NCBI GenBank assembly: GCA_964016885.1
Contig: OZ024745.1
Coordinates: forward strand, 53,134,001-53,198,000
Origin: Eledone cirrhosa
Taxonomy: Eukaryota
Direction: 5' to 3'
Length of the DNA stretch: 64,000 nucleotides
Part shown: positions 42,140-58,603 of the stretch, one piece after another
How the letters are laid out: every line of letters begins with the position of its first letter
Position numbering within the stretch: position 1 is the first letter of the stretch
Notes under the pieces: generated by a model
What the model saw: only the letters and a program-made list of their open reading frames with translations
Told to the model about the DNA's origin: nothing
The model's database searches: none
Position numbers and translations under genes: made by a program

Positions 42140-42662
42140 TGATGGCTGCCCCCTCGTTATCGAGTATGGCCATTGCACGATATACCATTGTTAATAATTA
42201 TTAATTAATTCTATCGTGCAATGCTCGTGCGTGAAGATATTTTTTAAAGTGAGGAAAGACTGTGCACTGAGCCAATCCCACACTCCGAGCGTCAGTAGCT
42301 ATAACCCGAAAAGAAGAAAAGATCAACATCATCGGTAACTACTAAGCCGCAGGTTTTATATAGGAGTTATCCCAGTTTCCTGAGTTGCCTTCTCCTAGAA
42401 GATGCCCTGACAAAGGCTAGGGGTCCTTCAGTCCCAGTGGTTTAACCGCGCGGTACATGTGTATATACATATTTACACATTTTTGACTCTTATGAGTTCT
42501 TCCGCCCTTTGTCAGTTTTGTTTTTTGTCCTGCAGGGTGTCCAAAATCACCCTCCTCACCAAATAAACTTGGTGAAGTTGCCGGTTTAGTCGCCGACGAC
42601 CCGACCATGCGACAGGTTGTACTGGATTACATGTTGCCAGTAGCACTCAAAAGTTACCCGAC
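42140..42662 (-). mobile_element. Non-autonomous RTE-derived bipartite retroposon inside (TACA)n
   Basis: AGGGCATCTTCTAGGAGAAGGCAACTC resembles RTE 5'-UTR segments (from recall). GC-richer insert with CATA repeats on both sides and no ORF. Confidence 0.5.
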
Positions 42663-42750
42663 ATAATACATACATACATACATACATACATACATACATA
42701 CATACATACATACATACATACATACATGCATACATACATACATACATACA

Positions 42751-42783
<33 letters not shown>

Positions 42784-43204
42784 TTGTGTGAGTGCGTGTA
42801 TGTGAGTATACAAATATTACATTTGCAGTATAATATTTCAGCCTCATAAAAACATAGTGTTAGTTGAAATACATAAATTTTACTCTGTGTGAGAATATAT
42901 GACTAGCCTAGCTATTTGATACTCCAATAAGTTCGGCTTGGTTTATGTTTTCTGTTTCCGTATTATTGGTGACAAAAGTAACTTTAACATAAATTTATAT
43001 CTACAGATTTAATATAAGATATGAGAGGAGGAAAATGAGTGCATAGAATGAAGTACCGTTAAGCGCTATATATTAAAGAATATGTCTGAATATAAAACTA
43101 AAATAATATATTAAGATCTTTATAAAACCAATATCTGCTATCATCTCGATATTTTAAAAGTAATTACAAAATATGATAATCCTATATATATATATATATA
43201 TAGG

Positions 43205-43245
<41 letters not shown>

Positions 43246-43589
43246 TATATATATATATATATACATGTATATATATATATGTGTGTGTGTCTCTGTGTGT
43301 GTGTGTGTGTGTGTGTGCGTGTATACGTCGATGAAAACAAGCTGGATTTCAAATATTCCTTTAATGTTGCACACATCACATTACACATTTCTATGGTTTG
43401 CATACGTCATCAGATCATTATGTAAGTCTTTTGGTGACATCATCTGGTATAAATACAAATATTAAATAATAGATTACTGGATTATGACAAACATAAACAG
43501 AGAAGAGAAATGATTCATTGACAGTACACCATTCACTGTTACTGTTATCATGAACTGTTCTCGCAAAAGCAGTAACAGTCAATGGTGTA

Positions 43590-44470
43590 CCTTCACCAGT
43601 TTAATGACACCAGTTGGCAATGGGTTATCTTAAACTTCAGATACGTTGGCGTCGGTCTCCGTTCTCCAATGTCACTGGACTTGCCTGCGTTTCCTTCGTG
43701 CGTGACCTCTTCCTGTGTCCCCCTCAGAAAGGTTCTCCAAGCCACGATGGAACCTACTGTGATTGACTAATGCGACTTGGAAGAAGATCAGTCTCTAGCC
43801 TGCGGACGTCCACCCAGGCTCCTCTCCATTGACATCCGCCCTAAAAAGCAAATAGGATGCCATTCAATGCGACTTAGCCATCGGCATGTTTTTACTTGGC
43901 CTCCCAACCCTATAGATGTGACTGGCTTAACGCTGTAACATTACTCTCAACTGGTACTCAACTGGACAGTGTCACTTATCCCTGTTTCCTAAAGGCTCGG
44001 CCTCTGCATCTGTGAGCTACGCAAAAACCTATGCGGATCCACTATGAATTATTTCGGCCTCCAGCCACTACCATGCCGTTATGGGGCCGGCCGCCTTCCT
44101 CGCCATGCTACAGTCAACGAGATCATATAGCATGCCTTGGACGCCACAGGTTTTCCTTTCCAGATCGAGTCAGCAGGACGCACTCAGAGGACGGCAAAAG
44201 GCCAGATGGCATAACAATATTCCAGTCATACGATGGAATATCTCTTATCTGGGGTGATACATGTTCTGACACTTTCTCCAGCGGAAACCTTTTGCATTCG
44301 GTGACCAACCTAGGCTTCACCGCTCATCAGGCTGATGAGAACAACCTATTGAAATATTGATCACTGTTCAATAGATTTGTTTTCAAACCTGTAACAGTGG
44401 AGACTTCCGGTGTTCTTAGCCCTAGGACCACATCACTATTCACTACTATCGGGATGGATGCTAGTTGGAT
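43590..44470 (+). pseudogene. CRE-type non-LTR element C-terminus with a restriction-like endonuclease, decayed
   Basis: GVGLRSPMSLDLPAF, RHATVNEII and DGKRPDGITI...LIWGDTCSDTF...KY...FKPVTVETSG. Confidence 0.78.
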
Positions 44471-45457
44471 TCAGTGGCATCAAAAATAAAACCAGTTATA
44501 ATAAAATTGATATCCTTGAATTCTATCATTACAGTTCATATTTCTTATACTGAAATGCGCCAAGAAATATTCAATTCATTATGAATGCCAGAAAATCGAT
44601 ACATTCCGATAACGGTTCTGCTTGAGTGAAGGATATTAACGTACTATTTAACATTAGTATGGATCTTTATGAACTGGGCACCTTAGTCGATATTTACATA
44701 AAAGATATTTAACATAATATTACAAACACTTGGTACGGTGATATATTCATATGATGGGATGACATTCTTGTGTTATTCAAATAGCTATAAATTAGATAAA
44801 CGTAGAGCATACTTAATTGTACTTTCCAGGATTTCTGTCTAAAGACTGCAATATCAAGGTTTAAGATTTGCTAGTGTATTAGGCAGATATCGGCACCATG
44901 CAAAGCTTATTCAAGTATTATATATGTCGAAATATTTCTTACCCTCTTCCTACTGTATTTTAAAACATTGACTGCACTATATGTAAAAGATATTCTGAAT
45001 TATTATCGAACAGTTAGCAGTTAGATAAGGCAGACGTCTATTAAAATCACACACTTTTGTGATTTTCGAATTCAAATGAGTACAGAGAAATCCATCTAGC
45101 ATAAAGCAAGCATTGCTATCTCTGGACTACCGAGGAACAAATATTGAATTGGCATGACAGAATAATTCAAAGAACTGCAAGCTGAATCGTACACACAGTA
45201 TACGATTAATATAATAGGAATGTCAAGTCTAACCTATATATATGTGTGTGTGTGTGTGTGTGAGTGTTAGTGTTATATATATATATATATATATCAGTTG
45301 TTAAACTGTTAAGGATAAAGTGCTTTATTGTCTCACGTTTCTCACCACACAGTCTACAAAGTGGGGAATTCATTGAACTTCATATACTTCATTCTCAGTG
45401 CATGTTCCTGGGCTCCGAAAATAAGGGCTTCAGTTCCAACTATTAAGTCACAATATT

Positions 45458-45882
45458 AGGTGGATTGACAGTATCGGTAGACGGTCGGATACCATGCTTT
45501 GCAGCACAGAGTTACGTCCCTTTGCGGTCTGAGTTCAAATCCTGCCGAGGTTAACTTTGCCTTTCAACATTACGGGGTCGATAAAATAAAATACCAGTAA
45601 TGCACTGGGTATTTGCTGGCCTTGTGCCAAAAAGTAGAAACAATTGTTATTATTATTATTATTATTTATTAGCAGAACCAGTAGAGCGTCGGAAAACATG
45701 CTTTGTAGCATAGAGCTACGTCCCTTTACGTTCTGAGTTCAAATCCCGCCGAGGTTAACTTTTCCTTTCAACATTACGGGGTTGATAAAATAAAGTACCA
45801 GTAATGTACTGGGGTCGATATTATCGACTGTCCCTTTCTCATCAAATTGCTTGCCGTGTGCCTAAAGTAGAAACAATTATTA
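45458..45882 (+). mobile_element. Two tandem SINE copies (45458-45660, 45668-45882)
   Basis: Both have the B box, central block and tail; the first ends in (ATT)n. Confidence 0.9.
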
Positions 45883-46129
45883 TATGTGGAAAAGTGTATG
45901 GTTGTATTGTATTACTATAGCCTGTATTGCTGGACATATGTGCGGCTGTGTTTGCATGGTCGTCAGCATATATTTATTTGTGTGTGTGTGAGGCAATTGT
46001 GTTTCAACCATTAAACTTAATTACATACATATCATATCGTCTGAAGGCATTTGACACTGAAACTTGAGTAATGAACATCAGAACTAGTTTCAGTCTAACA
46101 TTCCTATTATTTATCTATGAATGTAAGCA

Positions 46130-48071
<1,942 letters not shown>

Positions 48072-48410
48072 CGTATGTATGTATATATCAAGTGTATGTG
48101 TATACATATATGCACATATATTCATACCTACATATACACTTGATTTGAATGCATAGACACATGCCTACGTATAGGCCAGCAGATCAATGTGTAAATAGTA
48201 ATAGTTCAGGATTCACGTAGGTGTATGCGGTGATGCAAAAATAAAACTATTGAATGTTTAATTATATTGTATGATTATTTGCTTCAATGCACGCATGCTC
48301 GCGCACACATGCACACACTCACACACAAACATAAACGCACACATATATATGTATGAATATAAATATAAGATAATATATATACATATATATATATATTCGT
48401 ATGTGTTTTT

Positions 48411-48558
<148 letters not shown>

Positions 48559-49055
48559 GTTTGTGTGTGTGTGTGTGTGTACATATTTGTAATATGGTAG
48601 GTCAATGCACTATATGTCTCTAATAAAGTAACAATCATTCATGAAGGTGTAAATGTAAGTGGGTGAGTAATAACACATTACTTTTTAATATATCGTATGC
48701 GTATTTGGCCTAAATACACACTTACCATACAAATATACGTACACTCATATCGATATATACTATAGGAATCATATAGTATATGTGTTGGGAAGAGTAACAT
48801 TTTAATATTTTAGTTTTAGAGATTCGCGTGTCTAGAGAAAAAAAAATGTATTTATATATATGTGTATATAGTATATATATATTTCTGTATATATTTGAGA
48901 GTAAATGGTTTTACTATTTCAGAACCTAATTACGTGTTTCATTCAGCCTCCCGAAGGCATTCGTCAATGAAACTTGAGTAATGAACACAAAAAGTTGTAT
49001 ATATACAAACACATACACACATACACACATACATACACATATATATATATATATA

Positions 49056-49248
49056 TAGGAATAAGTAAGACCCCGACGGCTGAGCTCAAGCCGTTTCGAC
49101 GGCTAATTCTGGTCCAGAATTAGCCGTCGAAACGGCTTGAGCTCAGCCGTCGGTGTCTTACTTGTTCCTATTAGCCACTCTACTACCCTAAGTATTGAGT
49201 ACTTTGGTGCGTTATGGTCCACCTGGTTCCTTACCACATTTCCTTCGT
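49056..49248. repeat. Family 2 near-perfect palindrome (49056-49170) plus tail
   Basis: Centre at 49113; each arm has GAAACGGC TTGAGCTCA GCCGTC. Confidence 0.85.
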
Positions 49249-49320
<72 letters not shown>

Positions 49321-50079
49321 TGTGTCTATTACTTAGTGTATATTCTTTATTTAATAATAATTGTTCCGAACATCTGCATAGTGGGTTCAATTCTTGTCGA
49401 CCTCCACTTTCCGTTCCAAATTAGAGTGAGTCTAATGAAGATATCGCTTCACTGCATTCATATCGTATGCAGCCATATCTTCTTCAGTCGGGTCGTATAG
49501 AGAAAAATCTGCTGGTGAGTGGTGTCCGTACGTGATGGCTTTGACATACATAATATGTAGAGAAATCGCACTGCATGCAGCTAATTACCATTCTCTTGCG
49601 ATTGACAACCATAATTTAACAGCTAACAACCATTAGTTTGACAGATAACTCTACGTTGCATCGGTAATTACATCCCTTAGAGCACAAAGACTTTTCCTCC
49701 ATTTTTCTAATCGGAGTATATAAGAGCTTTTTATAAATGTGATTTAACGGCTTGCTTCTCTTTCATTAATATTTTCGCTTATAACCGCTCTGCTTATCTT
49801 CGTACACTAAATATTAACTCATCTAATATTTAACCCTGAGTACACAAGCATTGAGCACCTATGCACCCGCTTTTGGCAAATAAAACTGTATCGTATCTCT
49901 TTATAGCTCCTCTTTCTATCCTCATTTACGATACTTTAACTTTTTATTATCGCGCTTCTTTCTGTAGAGCTCAATGTTTTACTTGCCATCATGTTCGAGA
50001 AGCAACCGTTACCTATGTCTCTCAAGTCTATACTTATACCTAGCAGAAAAACATACCTTAAACAACTCATTTCTGCTAC

Positions 50080-52681
50080 AAATTCATTTATACGGTTTCA
50101 AGACCTACCGGAACCCACCACACAATACTTTGTTGGACTCTTTTGAAGAATATTTACTCAATATGATCAGAAATATAAAGTTTAAGAATAAACGCAGATG
50201 CAGTAATTCGTTCCTGACGTCCCTGGACTCTCATCACTAAGATCAGGAACGACAGACACCTTTTCGTTGCCTATGATAAAACTAAGAACTTGTGTAAGTT
50301 GGATGTAAGCAGATACAGACAATTCATTTCTAAGGAATTAAACAAAAACTACATGAAAACGCCTATTAGCACTTTAAATGACATTAATAGATTAGGCAAA
50401 GATATAGTAACTAGCTTAGATATAGATAAATACACTAACCCTTATGTACCTATGACACCTAAATTCTCTCTTAAGGATCACAAATATAATTTTAATGAAA
50501 GCCCCCTCCATCAGATTAATACGCTCCTCCACTTCAGATATAGGTAAAATTAGCAAAGTGATCCTCCATAGAATAATACAAGAACTCAATAGTAAGGCTA
50601 AGGTCTGTCTCTGGAACAATACTGACCAGGATCTACCTGATAAGGCATCTCTTAAATTTATTCAGTTTGACATAGATAATTAATATGCTTCTATTCCCCC
50701 ATAAGTTTAAATAAGGCCGTCATCTTAGCGAGATCTAACACTAGCTTAACTAAAAAAGAGATAGAGATAGTACTGGTTGCGCGGAGAACTATCATTTATA
50801 TCGAGGGTTCCCACTGGACAAGAACAACCCTCCTGATAACTTTGATATTACGATGGGGTCTAGTGACTCGGCGCAAGCAACCGACCTGGTCAGAATCTAC
50901 CTCCTGCACAGGCTTAGAGATGAGATCCCTGTACTAAAAGGAGGTGTATATAGGGACGATGCCCTATTTACCGTAAAGAACTATAGCCCACGTAGGATAG
51001 AAAACCTTACAAACTTATACACAAGTTCTTTAAATCGTACGGCCTCTCTGTAACTATCGACCACAACCATCATATAGTGAACTTCTTAGATGTTACTTTA
51101 GAATTAGGTACTGGTTTATACAGACCTTACCATAAGCCCGGTGAGGTTCTATCTTACATCAATTATGCTTCTAACCACCCTAAATCTACGCTCAACTCCA
51201 TTGTGTATAGCATCTCCCATAGAATCTCTAGGCTTTCTGCTAACCACGGATTATTATAATAGGGCATTAGCTGATTCAGTTTATAGCAGTAAAATGTCGT
51301 ACCTCCACAATGCATGCTCTATAAAGCCCCCCCCCCCCCCCCCGCTCATGTAGGACTAGTGTTACAGGCTTAATATTACCTATACCTTCTAACCCGCCTA
51401 GGGTAACTCGGAACCGCTACACTTGGACAGTCTGTGCACGCAGACATAATGCCAACAGAGGACGCATTATACAGCAACCCAATAGCCCTGATAGGGACAC
51501 CCACCTCGGCAACAACGCTCATAGTAACCCCAGAACTACGCGTAACCGCCACCGTAATGTCCTTTGGTTCCATCTCCCCTACTCTCGGAGTGTGGCCTCC
51601 AATTTAGCTAGAATCTTCTTCGAAGCCTTAAAGAAGAACTTTCCACCTAACCACAGATACAGAAAAATCATCAAGAATAACGTAAATATCTTCTATTCTA
51701 CTACACATAATCTAGCTGACCTCATAGCAATAAGTAATTACAACAAACTCACTAGTTTACAACATCCTAGTAATGACAATTTTATAGAATATGACAACTC
51801 AGTTAACCTGAGCAATTCTTTCGCCCCACATGATAACGTCGGTAGTAACCAGGATAGGTATCCTAGTATTAGCAGCGGTTTACAAAATAGCACCACACTA
51901 CAAAATAATCATTGCACCAATAGTGGGACTGACGACAGGGTTAGTAATCTTAACAGCTCTAACAACGGCTGTAGAAGACGCACCACTTCGCGTGTTCATA
52001 GCTATAATAATGGTTTCTTATATAGGCACAATGCCAGCAACCTGGCGGAGGGGAAGTCGATTAAATCGACCCCAGTGTGTGACTGGTACGTTATTTTATC
52101 GACACCGTAAGGCAAAGTTAACCTCGGCGGGATTTGAACTCAATTCATAGCTATAATAATGCCAACTGTGGTGACGATCATAATGATAATAATAATACGA
52201 TTAATACCAACACTCACCACCTTAGGGGTGACCGTAATAAACATTGCAATTGTCGTAACCCTACTAACTGTCCACTCCAACTTTACTGCCTAACTAAAAA
52301 TGTTATCTATAGATGTACTGTTACTAGTCATAATAGTGTTAAGTATTACATAGGAGCTACCTTTGGGTCGTTCAAAACAAGACTTTGAGCACACCTCAAC
52401 TCTTTTAGGAATAAGAAGCTTAGATATTCTACGTCCCTCGCTAACTATATCACCCTATTAAATGACTCTAACACTAAGTTCACCACTTATTTGGAAATTT
52501 TGAGCCAGGCAACATCTTGCAACTTTAAGAAAAGCTGCCAACTCTGCCTAATGGAATTATACTATATAGGGTAAGCACCCCAGGACCTCATGAATAGTCG
52601 GGCTGAAACTGTCATCAATTGCGGCCATAGACTACAACAATCTTTCTATAGATGGACCCCGACAAATGCTCAACCACCATA
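50080..52681 (+). pseudogene. PLE RT and GIY-YIG endonuclease pseudogene
   Basis: Same motifs as the parent element; C-terminal endonuclease with a CxCx5C pre-GIY motif (Nematis-like by recall, not tested). Confidence 0.9.
52013..52142 (-). mobile_element. Truncated SINE inserted in the PLE linker, 18-bp TSD
   Basis: TTCATAGCTATAATAATG at 51995-52012 and 52144-52161. Confidence 0.9.
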
Positions 52682-53314
52682 ACACCTGGAGCTTCTAGCA
52701 CTACACCCTGGCTCGACTAACTACAGTGGACCTTCTATTAAACATCTTGGGGCAACACCATCATCCACCCTCTGTTCTCCCTCCAGGGAACTGCACTACA
52801 TATTGCACTACTATTCAGCTGCACTACTATTCAGCTGGGCCTACCCCGCTATATTCTTCCACACTGGTAGACTAATATTTGGGTAATTTTACAGAACGAC
52901 CGCTTATAGCCAATAAACTCTTTAGACAACTGATCATATAATTATACAGATTCCATCTAAAGTGTCTTCACCTTTCTGCGCCTTTATGCCTATACTGAAC
53001 TTACAACTTTATACTAACTAAATTTGTGTATAGTCTTTTATGACTTTACTCATAATTGATACTCATACTCATACCTTAACACCGCCTGATTAAATTGACA
53101 AACTATAATTAAATTAACTCCTTGAAACAATAAATAAAAATTTGTTTACTAGTGATCATTAGTTTGACAAATAACTCTACTTTGCACCGGTAATTACGTC
53201 CCTTAGAGCACAAAGACTTTTCCTCCATTTTTCTATACGGAGTAATGCATTCTGATGTTAAAATATGTCTCTACACATACAGGGTACTTTATTAAATACT
53301 TTGCTTTTATTATT

Positions 53315-53352
53315 GCCTCAGAAGAGCCCCATTGGGCGATACATATGTGAGA
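53315..53352 (+). ncRNA. Degenerate HHR relic in the 3' pLTR
   Basis: gcct-CAGAAGA-GCCC catt GGGC-GATA-C ATAT G-TG: three core or cleavage-site changes; same GCCC/GGGC stem II as 24238. Confidence 0.55.
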
Positions 53353-53648
53353 ACTTTTTATAAATGTGATTTAACGGCTTGCCTCTCTTTCATTAATATT
53401 TTCGCTTATAACGGCTCTGTTTATCTTCGTACACTAAATATTAACTCCTGTAATATTTAACCCTGAGTACACAAGCATTGGGCACTTATGCACTCGCTTT
53501 TGGCAAATAACACTGTATCGCATCATTAAGATACATAGAAAATCAGGTTAGGGGGGTGAAAGCAGCGATTCTTTGATTCAGCTTTAACGTTATTTTAATT
53601 AATAAATATATATATGTATATATATATATATATATATGTGTGTATATA

Positions 53649-53742
<94 letters not shown>

Positions 53743-53747
<5 letters not shown>

Positions 53748-54398
53748 AGAAGCCACGACTATCCATCATCAGTTATCTTCTTGCCATCATAGGCATTTCT
53801 TCGCATTAACGATCATATACCTCAGGCCAGCGCGACCAATAACTAAATAAAGTTATTGGGATAAAAAGAATTGGGTGGAGAAAGAGAGACATGTAAAAAA
53901 AAAGAATGGTAAGGCAACGTAAAGGATGGAAAATGAGAAATCAAGTTAGTGATACAAGTGAACATAAGATCTGGCGAATCAATGACGAGAAGACGAAAGA
54001 CGCATCCAAGCCATGCGAAATGTGAGCGAGAAAAGAATTTCACACGGGTCAGACGGATGGGAATGAGAGAGGGTGAATAGCAGAGAGTGAGTGAGTGAAA
54101 GTGTGAGGAAGAGGCTAGCCGATAGAGGGTGACTAGCAGAGGGGATGAATGAAAGTAAGAGGTACAAGGAGAGAGAAGGGGGAGAGAGAAAGAAGATAGC
54201 AGTAAGGGAAGAGAAAGAGACAGGTCACAGCAAAGGGAAAAAGATATAGGGGTGAAAAATGGAGTGCTGCGTTATTGCGGATGTGATACATATGAATTAA
54301 AAAATAGAGTAAGAAGCCAGGATTATCCATCATCAGTGATGTTCTGGCCATCATAGGTATTTCTTCGCATTAAAGATCATATACCTCAGGCCAGCGCG
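53743..54398. repeat. ~90-bp direct repeat (53743-53834 / 54307-54398)
   Basis: GAGTAAGAAGCCA...CATATACCTCAGGCCAGCGCG occurs twice. Confidence 0.8.
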
Positions 54399-54399
54399 G

Positions 54400-55200
54400 C
54401 ATCATAGCTTTTTCTTCGCATCCCTTCCCATCACGTCGGTGTAAGTGGACTTCACAGCTAGCACTTTGTCTAGCTGGCGATAGAATTCTTCCACTTCAAC
54501 GTCGTCGCTGGCACTTGTGGGAGCGTCGGTCTGGACGATCTTGAGGGTGGCCTTCCCTGAGAGGTTCACGTTCAGTACACCAATCCGTGACGATATTAAC
54601 TGGCAAGAAGAGACCTTGCTTACGATGAACCCTATACCTGCGACCGATCTGGCACCCTCTGCTTTCCCGAGTCTCACGACGCATCCATCTTGTCATCACG
54701 AACTTGCCTCCTTCTTCTGGCGGGTCTCGCACAGCCCTAACACGTCGCACCTCATCTTCTTCTTCTTCTTCTTCTCCTCCATTAGGTGGTTCAGTCCTTG
54801 TCCCCCCCCCCCCACCTCCACCTGCCAAAAACCTGCAGTTGTAGGTGCATATGGCAAGGTTAGTCCTGCTCCTTGGCCGCCTTCGGGAACCTGTGATTCT
54901 TAGCAGCCTCTCGTTACTCAGGTTGCACTCCGCTGTCGTGGAGTGGCCTGATTGACGCGCAGGGTACTGAGACCCTTTTCTTCTTGCTCTTTTAGCCATA
55001 AGATGACGCCATCCCACTGGCTGGGCGGGCAGGCCGGTACCTCTTCAGTTTGGCTAGCTTTTGAACTCTAGAAGATGATGAATCATCTCTAGAACCAATA
55101 GTCTGATACCTATGTAGCATGGTAAAACCTGCCAGGACATTGAGTCTCGCTACCGTAGCTATCAGACAGCCAGGGTCACCGCTGCGCCACTTTTGAGGCA
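54400..55200 (-). pseudogene. RTE-clade LINE 5' part (UTR and APE endonuclease N-terminus)
   Basis: ICTYNCR, GIGFIVS..ISSRIGVL..LKIVQTDAPTSASDDVEVEEFY..VMG. Confidence 0.8.
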
Positions 55201-55207
55201 CTGAAAT

Positions 55208-55353
<146 letters not shown>

Positions 55354-57668
55354 ATACACACAAGTATATATATATATGTATATATACTTGTGTAGGTTAG
55401 TGAACTTGTGTGCTTGTATTTATTTGATTGTTATGTGTTTGGACATACATACACATAGATATATATGTGCCTATGTATATGACAGAATTACTCTGTTACT
55501 AGTGGATGTCAGATGAAGAAGCTATATACATGTAACATTATAGGTCGTTGTAGTTAACAGCATTATGCTTCAGACGGACTCAATTTTGATGATTTGTTTG
55601 TCCCTCCGGAAAATTATATCGAATTATTAATACAACCAGTTTTTTTCTTTATTTCCCCAACTATGTCTTAATACTACACATCCGCATTATCACTAGCATC
55701 ATCATCACTATCGTCAAAGTAAATGTGAAACGATAGTTTATAATGCATATATATTATCTTACTTCAAATCTGTCCGTCTGCTGCAATAAATTTACACCTA
55801 AATGATATCAAACGAAGTAGAAGAAAAATATATGTATACATATATATTTTTTATGTATATATATACGTGTATGTGTGTGTGTCTGTTTGTGTGTGTGTAT
55901 GTGTGTTTAGATAGATATAGATAAAGATATTTATAGATTTGTATGCGCGCGTATCAGAATTTTTTATGAATTTTGAAATTTATCGTGTTATAGTCTCAGC
56001 CCTTCACCCGCCAGATTTTCAGAACCGTGCGTGGTGTGGGTAGAAGTATGGTAACACATTTAACTGATTTTCTTTCCATTATTTACGAGAACATAAGCGA
56101 AAGGTTTCATATAGTCTGAGTACCGATGAATCTGTTAATCACGTATTCGGTTTTAAAACGTTATGCAATTCAAAATATCATAAGTAATAATATGGTGTTA
56201 ATGATAAAAGGATATAAACTTTGAAAGGGTACCTCAAGGTGGAGGTAATAATAAAATGACTGTAGGTTTTGTTGTCATATATAATATGTATAGTTCAACG
56301 AGCATATACAATTTCATAAAATTGTTTCCAAATGTCTTTCGGAATTTTTGAATGAGTACCTCTGCTGAGAAAATCGACATTTAAACCTTTTTTTCGGTTA
56401 GCTCAATATCATTTTTGAACCCGAAATATCAGCTGTAACAAAATTTGCACAATAGACTATCAAAATGATATAAAAGATATTAATGTAAATGCGTTTGAAC
56501 GATCAACTTTGGAGTTCGAAAGACGTGGATTAATTAATGCATAATCTCCAGTATTTCCTTGCAAGTAAATTTTAAACTTTTATGCTATTGATGTTGTCTA
56601 TTTCTTTTGCAGATTATGTTCACAGTTGAAGCTAAATTTAACATAATTTCATGTGTTAAAATTCATAATTTTTATAAATCTTCATAAATTGATTGTGTAA
56701 AATTAAGAATATGCGTAAATACGGGGTGATTAAATAGATCATTAAAACAAATGTATATAGGAATTCTATGTTTACGATTAGGAGGCTTGATAATGTTTTT
56801 CTACGTTTAACTTTAAATACGTATTGTTTAACATTTTATTACCATAAATAGCTACTTTGTTTAAATAAACCCTTTCGGATGATATACTAGATAACAGTAA
56901 AACTACTCAGCAACACATTTTTCTCTACTGAAATACAATACATAGCGCTGAAGAAAACGGTGCCAACCGGCCATTATTACTGCATTTACAAAGGTTCATT
57001 AATATATGATAGGCATGCACACACATACACACATACATACATACACACACACATACACACACATCCAGATTTATGCATACTCATATATATAACGATTTAG
57101 ACCCATATACGATGATTTCCATCACGTTGCTTACAAAAGGTTCTAAGGATCATTTCAGAGCAGACCCATACGTTAAATTGTTGCAACAGACCCAGGCAGG
57201 AAAGCATAGAAAAATGAATGTTTCCACAGTTTATATATATATGAACTGAAATATACAATTCGAACCTATGTAGGTTTAGCTGGGCTCAAATATATTAAAT
57301 TGTAAGCTAAGCATCTGAAGTGTGCGACATATTTTTATATTTAAAAATTTGAATATGCTCAAATATAATTAAAACTGGTTAAATGTTTGTAGAAACATAC
57401 CATTTGAATATAGAGATATTTAAACATCTTAAATTTACTTATTTTCTCATAAAATTGAGAAGTTACATACGAACATGAGTTCAAATAAGTACGTCCATTT
57501 AAATAATAATAGTACGCGTTTTAGAGTATATACGGCTCTCAGTTACGCATTTTACTGTGGTTATTTAGCTGATATATACATATATAAATATATGTATGTA
57601 TATTTATATATATATATTATGTGTGTGAGTGTGTGTGTGTGTGTGTGCGTGTGTGTGTATGGATGCGC

Positions 57669-57732
<64 letters not shown>

Positions 57733-57875
57733 GTGTGTGTGTGTTCTAATGATATACCCAAAAGTTTCGAAATAGATAATTTTCAAATTTTTTATGTTAC
57801 CGGGAAATACGTTCATATCACATGTTTGCATATATATATATATATACTCAACGTGTATGTTTATGTACAGAATTA

Positions 57876-58440
57876 AGCAGTCTCCAATTTATAATCTTCA
57901 TGGACAGGATTGATATGATCATCCTGGTTAGAAGTCGTAACACGACTGGCGTGTGTAGGATCTATCGGCTGGAATTTGCAGGCGATATGTTATTACTTAA
58001 TTTGTCAGAAGATGAATGCCAACATGCACAAGTTTGCTGCCTAGTGCTACCCGACAGGAATTAAAACGGTGATGCGAAGGGTGAAACACTCGTCCTTTCA
58101 AGTAAGCTGGGGTTACGTTGAAGCGATTTATGGAAGGCATGGGGCCGATTTATGTGCATGTATTTCAGGAGCTAGTGCAGTATTGTAAGAACTTTATCAT
58201 AATACGATCACGAATAAAAGCGGGTTACATGGAGTTCCTCTGAAAGGTCTTTCGAGTAACATTACTTGATAAAGCTCGTAGCTGAGAAATCAGAGAATCG
58301 CTCTTTGTAGAACCGCTACTTTTCTGAATAGAGAGTTCAGATCTCCGCATTGGGAGATCACATCACGGATATTACAGACATGTAGTCAAAATGTCTATGT
58401 AAAGCATCGATGGACAGATTTTATGAGCAAAACAACAGGC
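57876..58440 (+). pseudogene. RTE-clade RT fragment (related to 10830-11385)
   Basis: LQFIIFMDRI...RLEFAGDMLLL (decayed FADD). Confidence 0.6.
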
Positions 58441-58479
58441 TTGAAGAATCTACCTCATGACCGTCACTCAAATAAGAGG

Positions 58480-58603
58480 GAGAAGAAGAAGAAGAAGAAG
58501 AAGAAGAAGAAGAAGAAGAAGAAGAAGAAGAAGAAGAAGAAGAAGAAGAAGAAGAAGAAGAAGAAGAAGAAGAAGAAGAAGAAGAAGAAGAAGAAGAAGA
58601 AGA
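58480..58603. repeat. (AAG)n microsatellite
   Basis: Seen directly. Confidence 0.97.

Larger units (their letters stand above)
49632..53524 (+). mobile_element. Penelope-like element with direct pseudo-LTRs (49632-49897 / 53158-53524), decayed ORF
   Basis: YGFKT..PP, DKTKN, FIQFDI, MGSSDSAQ, GVYRDD, NFLDVTL, SNHP, then CNCRNPTNCPL..CLTKNVIY...YYIGAT..FKTR..H, CQLCLME and NSRAE..NCGH. Many stops and frameshifts. Confidence 0.93.

Noticed and set aside
46045-46080. CTGAAGG..GAAACTTGAGTA motif, and the related 48930-48985
   Set aside because: The core is altered and stem II is unclear; too decayed to call.
52386-52388. In-frame TGA in the GIY-YIG as selenocysteine (as in Naiad PLEs)
   Set aside because: It is not at a conserved Cys, is best explained as CGA or TGG decay, and the ORF has many other lesions.
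54990-55200. HDV-like ribozyme at the RTE 5' end
   Set aside because: P1/P2/P3/P1.1 could not be assembled consistently by eye.
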